A DNA stretch of 64,000 nucleotides from Roseibacillus sp. (GTDB taxonomy: Bacteria > Verrucomicrobiota > Verrucomicrobiia > Verrucomicrobiales > Akkermansiaceae), in NCBI GenBank assembly GCA_051251855.1, contig JBPOGI010000001.1, positions 1,312,001-1,376,000 on the forward strand. Reading direction: 5' to 3'. A model generated the notes under the pieces. The model had not been told where the DNA came from and ran no database searches. It worked only from the letters and a program-made list of their open reading frames with translations. Shown piece by piece: positions 58,528-64,000 of the stretch (positions are counted from its first letter, which is position 1; each line of letters starts with the position of its first letter). The position numbers were made by a program, and so were the translations under genes.

Positions 58528-59742
58528 TCAGCCCTCCTTCGAAAACAAGACCACACGATTCGTGTTGGTTCCCTTACCCAAGTTTTCCACGCCCCAGCAA
58601 TTAGCTGTTTTGGTGAATTCTTGTTCATTCACCAAAATCAGCTCCGCTTTCAGGCCCGCCGAAATGCCTGCCGGCACCACCAATTCCTCCAATAGAATCG
58701 AGCCATTCCGCACTTCACCAACCTCAAATGCGACCTGCCCACCAGGCTTCAAAACCCTTACTATCTCGCCAAGAACCCTTTCCATTGCCTCTTGCCACTC
58801 TTCGGGTTTGCGAAACCCCCAAATCTTGACCGCTGAAGCATCAAAACCGTTGAACCAACATCTGAGCCAATTATCTCCCTTATAATCAATCACATCCAGA
58901 AATGGCGGAGAGGTCACCACCAGATCCACGCTCTCCGAAGCTAGAGCAAAAGTCTCCGCAGCCGATGAGGTAAGAATCCGAGCCCCTTGTCCTCGCTTCA
59001 CAAATCCTCCCTCCTTCTGAGAGTCAAAACTCTTCAAAAGAGAGCGACTCTTTTTCAACACAATGGCAGGAACGTCACGAACAGGGGGAACCTGCTCACG
59101 CTTGGCATTAATTTTTTCCTGAGCCCGAATCGAAGTCGCCTGATTGGGTGGAAGAGTATAGACCGAAAAAAAGCCCGGTGAATGTCCCGTCAGTCGATTC
59201 GTTGCGACCATCCGGATCCACCGATCCACTTCATCCATGAGCTGCCCTTTCTCCCCAAAATAGCGCTGCAAGGCTCTCATTTGAACCAATGTCTCAGGGT
59301 GAAAAAACACATTAAGTTTCTCACTCTCCACCGATGGACCCTCAAAGGAAATCTTCAGCAACCTTTCCTCCACATCTTCTAACCTTGGAGGCTGCAGTCT
59401 CGGAAGGCACAGAATTGGAGCCAAGGGATTGATGTCACAGCCAATCACTTCGCGGTCCAACAACGCGGCCTCTACCAGCGTCGTCCCTCGTCCCATAAAA
59501 GGATCGTAAACCACATCACCAACCTGGGTGAGACGCTCAATAAAAAAACGAGGCAGCTGAGGCTTAAAACAGGCCCGATAAGAGACCTCATGAAGAGAAT
59601 GAGCAGCTCGCTGCTTTGAAGTCCAAAACTCATTTACATAGTAAGGAACTTCGACTCCTCCGAGTTTCCGCTTTAAGCACCGAGTTTGTTCTCCAAACTC
59701 TTGAAAACTTTTGAGGTCGGACGCGAACTGAGCCGCTGTCAT
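58528..59742 (-). CDS. Orphan amino (N4-C/N6-A) DNA methyltransferase
   Basis: Motif I YDPFMGRGTT, later motif IV VTSPPF. No neighbouring endonuclease. Confidence 0.85.
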   Translation of the reverse strand: MTAAQFASDLKSFQEFGEQTRCLKRKLGGVEVPYYVNEFWTSKQRAAHSLHEVSYRACFKPQLPRFFIERLTQVGDVVYDPFMGRGTTLVEAALLDREVIGCDINPLAPILCLPRLQPPRLEDVEERLLKISFEGPSVESEKLNVFFHPETLVQMRALQRYFGEKGQLMDEVDRWIRMVATNRLTGHSPGFFSVYTLPPNQATSIRAQEKINAKREQVPPVRDVPAIVLKKSRSLLKSFDSQKEGGFVKRGQGARILTSSAAETFALASESVDLVVTSPPFLDVIDYKGDNWLRCWFNGFDASAVKIWGFRKPEEWQEAMERVLGEIVRVLKPGGQVAFEVGEVRNGSILLEELVVPAGISAGLKAELILVNEQEFTKTANCWGVENLGKGTNTNRVVLFSKEG

Positions 59743-61391
59743 TTTCCTAAACCTCGAATAGCTTGCTCCATCATTTTGCGGGCCTTGCTTCGATGCTGAA
59801 TTGAAACCTCGGCGTCGGCCATATGAAAGGAAGAAAAAGTATGCGAACTCATAGACTGCTCTGCCGCATTGCTCTGCGCTGTGGCGTAAATCGACCGATA
59901 CTTTCGACCCACGTCACTTTCACTCATCCCCATTCTCTTTTGGCTCAACTCCCGATTCAATTCTAGAATCTGTGTCACAACGTTCAGTTGACGATTATCT
60001 TGCAGCACATCTCTCACCGTTTGATCTCCTCCAGCCTTCGAGTTCAATGCCAGACCATCCGACTTTGGGGGAATCACCGCCAATGAAAGGAGAAGCCGAG
60101 TCACTCGATCAAAACGCTCCATCTTCTCGCGCGCCCCCACGAAACTCCCCAAACTTGCCTTCTCCCAAACAATTGGGACATCAATTCGGCAAGCAAAACG
60201 CTTGGAGTGAGAACGTGTCGACGATGACGCCCCTTTCCAAACATCGTTTCGAACAGCCATTGGCTCAGTCAGAATAGCCAAGACGTTCCCCTCACTCGTC
60301 ACAACGGGCGCACCGCTCGACATTCTGATAAGGGAAGAAGTTCCCTCGTAGCTATCAGCGTTCACCTTGCGCAGCTTTCCCAATTCCAGCGAAACAGAGT
60401 TAACTCCACTTAGAAACCCCAAGGACGCTACCGCAATCCCTAGCACCGGCACTTCTCCCTGAGGCTGTACCGTCAAGACATGGTCGACAGGCTCAGAAAC
60501 CGCCAAGCGAACCAAATTTACTCCCTTAGCAACTTCCAAGTCGCCAAAAGATTTCCTCTCACGTCCAGTAGCATCAACAATTTTAAGCTGACTATTTCCG
60601 TCGAGGACATGGGCCGCTGTATAAAGATAGGTCGTAATGCCATCTTGAACAAAAAAACCAGTTCCTTCCCCCCCACTTCCCGAAATCGAGACCAGCGCAC
60701 CTTCAATCCTGCTTTGTAAGGAGTCTAATTCATCTCTCTCTTTTTGCTTATCAATTCGACCCTGTTTAAAGGCTGAGAGCGGTGGCTCAGCAGCTCCTAC
60801 CTCCCCAGAAGGGACCTGCACAGGAGGAGGATTCAGAAAAAGCGCCAATTCTCTTGCCCTCTCCGCAACCTCTTCTTCACTACGCAAAAAAAAACGCTTC
60901 GTCCATTCTGCAGGAGCGGTCTCGCTATTAAGAGTTGCGAAACCACTTGCGTGACGAACTTTCACCCCAGTCTCGGTGATACCATTAATTTCTACATTTT
61001 CGAGAGTGCGGCCGGCAACCTCAAGGACCGCATATTTCTCGCCAAAGGCCTTACTCCTCACTTTAGCCTCATACTTCTTCTGATAGGCGTCAAATTTCTT
61101 GCGGAGTTCCCGCATTTTTTCCTCGGTTGCCTCCTTCGCCTTGCGCAACTCATCAAGCTGCACATCTTTCTCATCGGCCGAACGCGCTTTCGCCTCTACT
61201 TCATCATAGGTCTCAAATTTGAGGTCATACTCATCCAGTTCCAAATAAGCCTCCTCAAGCTCGCTTTCTAAGATTCCCTTCTCCTCTAAGAGAAACTCAA
61301 ATTCCTCCTGTTGGAGTCCGTCATCCTCTTCTTCAAGACACCCGCTCAAACAGAACGTTGATATAAGAGCTAGTGAGAAAATAGACTTCAT
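59739..61391 (-). CDS. Lipoprotein with coiled coil and trypsin-like domain
   Basis: MKSIFSLALISTFCLSGC lipobox; GTGFFV...YTAAHVL; SSGAPV. Confidence 0.7.
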   Translation of the reverse strand: MKSIFSLALISTFCLSGCLEEEDDGLQQEEFEFLLEEKGILESELEEAYLELDEYDLKFETYDEVEAKARSADEKDVQLDELRKAKEATEEKMRELRKKFDAYQKKYEAKVRSKAFGEKYAVLEVAGRTLENVEINGITETGVKVRHASGFATLNSETAPAEWTKRFFLRSEEEVAERARELALFLNPPPVQVPSGEVGAAEPPLSAFKQGRIDKQKERDELDSLQSRIEGALVSISGSGGEGTGFFVQDGITTYLYTAAHVLDGNSQLKIVDATGRERKSFGDLEVAKGVNLVRLAVSEPVDHVLTVQPQGEVPVLGIAVASLGFLSGVNSVSLELGKLRKVNADSYEGTSSLIRMSSGAPVVTSEGNVLAILTEPMAVRNDVWKGASSSTRSHSKRFACRIDVPIVWEKASLGSFVGAREKMERFDRVTRLLLSLAVIPPKSDGLALNSKAGGDQTVRDVLQDNRQLNVVTQILELNRELSQKRMGMSESDVGRKYRSIYATAQSNAAEQSMSSHTFSSFHMADAEVSIQHRSKARKMMEQAIRGLGK

Positions 61392-61528
61392 CAAGGTCAG
61401 TTCTAAACCAGAGTATGGTTGCACCAAGAGCAAAGTCACCTGCTGCCAAGAAAAGTGGTAGCATTGAATCATTTTCCACTTGTCAAGATAGCGCCCTTCG
61501 GACTAAAACGCCGCCCCCTCACTTTGAA

Positions 61529-61604
61529 GGCCTGTTAGCTCAGTTGGTAGAGCAGAGGATTGAAAATCCTTGTGTCCTTGGTTCGATTCCGAGACGGGCC
61601 ACCA
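61529..61604 (+). tRNA. tRNA-Phe(GAA)
   Basis: GGCCTGTTAGCTCAGTTGGTAGAGCAGAGGATTGAAAATCCTTGTGTCCTTGGTTCGATTCCGAGACGGGCCACCA, with CCA encoded. Confidence 0.96.
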
Positions 61605-61640
61605 CTTTTTCGCCATCTTCGGCATTCCCTCCCACTCCAT

Positions 61641-62342
61641 ATGAAAACCGGCAAATTGATTCACGATTTGCCGGATGGAGAAAAGCCCCGCGAGAAGATG
61701 CTACGCCTTGGACCGGGCTCTCTGGGAGACGATGAACTCCTTGCCATCTTCTTGCGAACCGGAGTCCCCGGTGAAAACGCCATCGCAATCGGTCGCCGTC
61801 TCCTCGACAATCACGGAGGGCTTCCGGGTCTCGCGCGAACCGAACTCCCAATTCTGGCCAAAGAACATGGTCTGGGCCCAGCCAAAGCCTGTCAACTGGC
61901 TGCCGCCTTCGAGCTGGGAGTCCGCCTCGCACGCCGTAACTTAGATCGCACCGAGCTCAGAAGTCCTGAGCAAATCTACCGCTTTATGGCCCCACAGATG
62001 CAGGCCCTCAAAACAGAGTCCCTCCGTGTCCTCGCACTCGACTCTCGTCTACGATGCCAACAAGTTCAGGAGGTTACCCACGGCAGCAGCAACCAAACCC
62101 TTGCTATTGTGCGAGATGTCTTGCGACCCGTCATCGTCAGTCAGTCACCTTCCTTCGCTATCGTCCACAATCACCCTTCAGGCGACCCCACTCCCAGCCA
62201 AGCGGATATACACTTCACTCGTAAGCTACATGAGGCGGCTTCTCTTTTACAACTAGAGCTCATTGACCACGTCATTGTCGGACATCCATCCTCGGAGGGT
62301 GAGGCTTATTACTCGTTCCTTGAAAATGGGAAACTTGATTAA
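61641..62342 (+). CDS. radC: RadC family JAB-domain protein
   Basis: EKPREKM...LGDDELLAIFLRTG, GLGPAKA, HNHPSGDPTPSQAD, LIDHVIVG. The start is set at the ATG at 61641, after the tRNA. Confidence 0.93.
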   Translation: MKTGKLIHDLPDGEKPREKMLRLGPGSLGDDELLAIFLRTGVPGENAIAIGRRLLDNHGGLPGLARTELPILAKEHGLGPAKACQLAAAFELGVRLARRNLDRTELRSPEQIYRFMAPQMQALKTESLRVLALDSRLRCQQVQEVTHGSSNQTLAIVRDVLRPVIVSQSPSFAIVHNHPSGDPTPSQADIHFTRKLHEAASLLQLELIDHVIVGHPSSEGEAYYSFLENGKLD

Positions 62343-62373
62343 GGGAGGCTTCTCTCTCGGCCGCTCACCAACG

Positions 62374-62401
62374 AAAAAGAGCCTCGATTAGGAGGCTCTT
62401 T
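62374..62401. terminator. Bidirectional intrinsic terminator between convergent radC and coxB
   Basis: AAAAAGAGCCTC-gattag-GAGGCTCTTT. Confidence 0.7.
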
Positions 62402-62431
62402 CGAAGACTAAAGACTAGAGAAAATGCTCTC

Positions 62432-63220
62432 TTAATTGACGGCAACCTCAGGAGAAGACTCCTCTTTCGTATTACGCTTGAGAGCTGCTTCCGACTGCTC
62501 ATCAGCCCAACTGTCAAAGGAACCCTGCTTCACCACTTCCATCAACCCACGCATGTTACCATGTTGGTCGCCACAAAGCTGAGCGCACACCACATAGGTT
62601 TCGAGAGTCTTCGTCGGAGTAAACCACATCGGAATGTCCTGTCCGGGAATAGCATCCTGCTGAACACGCATTGGAACAATGGCGTAGTTGTGAATCACAT
62701 CTGTTGCCGTGACCATGACGATAGTTGGCTTATCAACCGGAACCTTCATTGTCGCTGCAGTAAAATCGTCCCATCCATTTGGATCGTCAGGGTCAATACA
62801 AGGATCCCCTACATTCGCTACCAAGTGACGGTCGATACGGCCGAACTTACCATCCTTACCAGGATAATGGTAATTCCAAGCAAACTGATAACCGATAGCG
62901 CGCACACGCACTGGGTCCTGCTTTTGAATGTCTTCATATTTATCAGTCCGTTCACGCCAGAGAGGAAAAGCAAAACCAAGAAGGAGAACTGCCTCAATAA
63001 TCACAACGCCAACCTCCAAGTGGCTCGAAACGTGATTTTTAACACCCGTATAATCCGCCTTAGGATTGCGGCGAGCAGCAAAACGCCAACAGCAGTAGAA
63101 GAAAAATACTGTCCAACCTACAAAGAGGATGAGCATGAACCAATGCACAACAGCAATCAGGTGGTCGACACCACCGCCGTGTTCGGAAAAGTTTTCGGTT
63201 ACACCGAGAAGTTCGTTCAT
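62432..63220 (-). CDS. coxB: Cytochrome c oxidase subunit II
   Basis: Two TM helices, GYQFAWNYHY, DVIHNY, and CuA motif CAQLCGDQHGNM. Confidence 0.92.
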   Translation of the reverse strand: MNELLGVTENFSEHGGGVDHLIAVVHWFMLILFVGWTVFFFYCCWRFAARRNPKADYTGVKNHVSSHLEVGVVIIEAVLLLGFAFPLWRERTDKYEDIQKQDPVRVRAIGYQFAWNYHYPGKDGKFGRIDRHLVANVGDPCIDPDDPNGWDDFTAATMKVPVDKPTIVMVTATDVIHNYAIVPMRVQQDAIPGQDIPMWFTPTKTLETYVVCAQLCGDQHGNMRGLMEVVKQGSFDSWADEQSEAALKRNTKEESSPEVAVN

Positions 63221-63223
63221 AAT

Positions 63224-63433
63224 TTAGTGAGAGCTTTGAGGGTTGAAATCGTCTTTGTAGCGCGAGTCGAGGTTGGCTTGCTCACGGCGCATCATGCGTG
63301 CCATGAGAAACCCCACAATTCCAAGAATGCCAACGATGACGATGAGGAGAAATAAAATGGCCAAACCAGCCGCATTGCCTCCAGCAGCATGAAATGCCTT
63401 AGCACATGTGGTGCATCCGAGTATAAAGTTCAT
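63224..63433 (-). CDS. Small membrane protein of the oxidase operon
   Basis: CTTC N-terminus and one TM helix, packed in the operon. Confidence 0.6.
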   Translation of the reverse strand: MNFILGCTTCAKAFHAAGGNAAGLAILFLLIVIVGILGIVGFLMARMMRREQANLDSRYKDDFNPQSSH

Positions 63434-63445
63434 TTCGATACAGAG

Positions 63446-63649
63446 TTATAGAATTAAATTCTTGGCCTTACGGTAAAACCGCACGCCGTAATACGGCAAC
63501 AGAACTGAAGCAATCGACATAACGACGCCAAGAATCGTCACCGACATCCCGCTCCCGCGAGGAGCGAAACCAAAACACCAAACGGCAAGTCCTACACAAA
63601 GAAGGGTCGCAAAGGTAATGAAGACAAGATGGAATCCGCGTAGAGACAT
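63446..63649 (-). CDS. Small membrane protein of the oxidase operon
   Basis: MSLRGFHLVFI..., two TM helices. Confidence 0.65.
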   Translation of the reverse strand: MSLRGFHLVFITFATLLCVGLAVWCFGFAPRGSGMSVTILGVVMSIASVLLPYYGVRFYRKAKNLIL

Positions 63650-63657
63650 GACTTAAT

Positions 63658-64000
63658 CTACTGTGGTGGTTTCGAGGGGTCGTAGAAGCCCGACTTATTT
63701 TCCTTGGTCGTCCCTTTGCCATACTCAATGGGATCCGAAAACGCCCAAGCAGTAATTGCCATAAGGAAAACGCCAAGAACGATACCCATGATAAAGAGAA
63801 AATAAACCAGTTTTTTCTCATGGTTCAAGTGCATGAAGATTAACATCACTAACGAAGCCTTAAAGGCTGCGATCACGAGTCCCAGCACCATATCATAGAC
63901 ATCGAAACCATGTCCCCCGAAATCGAGGGCAGGCACAGTCGCAACTGCAACTGTTATACCAGTGAAAATGAAAAGGGTAAGCCCAATAAAGGTATAAAGC
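63658..64000 (-). CDS. Cytochrome c oxidase subunit IV family protein (5' end outside window)
   Basis: IAAFKASLVMLIFMHLNHE motif. The frame is open to the window edge. Confidence 0.8.
   Translation of the reverse strand, partial: LYTFIGLTLFIFTGITVAVATVPALDFGGHGFDVYDMVLGLVIAAFKASLVMLIFMHLNHEKKLVYFLFIMGIVLGVFLMAITAWAFSDPIEYGKGTTKENKSGFYDPSKPPQ

Noticed and set aside
61415..61640. Extended radC start at 61560 and ORF 61415..61735
   Set aside because: They run through tRNA-Phe. The ATG at 61641 fits RadC.
61529..62342. tRNA-Phe plus radC as a second integration site
   Set aside because: The RadC is the full-length chromosomal type, flanked by core genes, with no integrase or repeat.

Overview
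Bacterial chromosome window, probably Verrucomicrobiota (inferred from the style of the core genes, not verified). It has two parts. (1) Positions 1 to ~44010 form a large mosaic genomic island abutting the 3' end of a minus-strand tRNA-Cys(GCA) gene. No integrase and no left boundary are visible in the window. The island carries: a replication-like module (putative SSB, family-A DNA polymerase, two degenerate DUF3987-like paralogs, a TGAC iteron-like tract); an AddAB-like helicase/nuclease pair; a NERD-helicase; a McrBC-like pair; operons of hypothetical genes; a small array of attC-like repeats; and a sigma-like gene. Its most notable content is a nine-gene DNA phosphorothioation locus: PT-associated methyltransferase, small regulator, cysteine desulfurase, DUF4007, ATPase and PAPS-reductase (SspABCD-like). 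Where SspE would normally sit, the locus instead has an SF2 helicase, a MORC/GHKL ATPase and a PLD nuclease. This is the best candidate for an undescribed defence system. (2) Positions ~44090-64000 are ordinary core genome: ppx, ppk1, rsmB, GH15 plus otsAB, hyi-like, fbaA, metallophosphoesterase, rlmB, orphan DNA methyltransferase, tRNA-Phe, radC and cytochrome c oxidase genes. All protein calls come from motif recognition by eye; no database searches were run.
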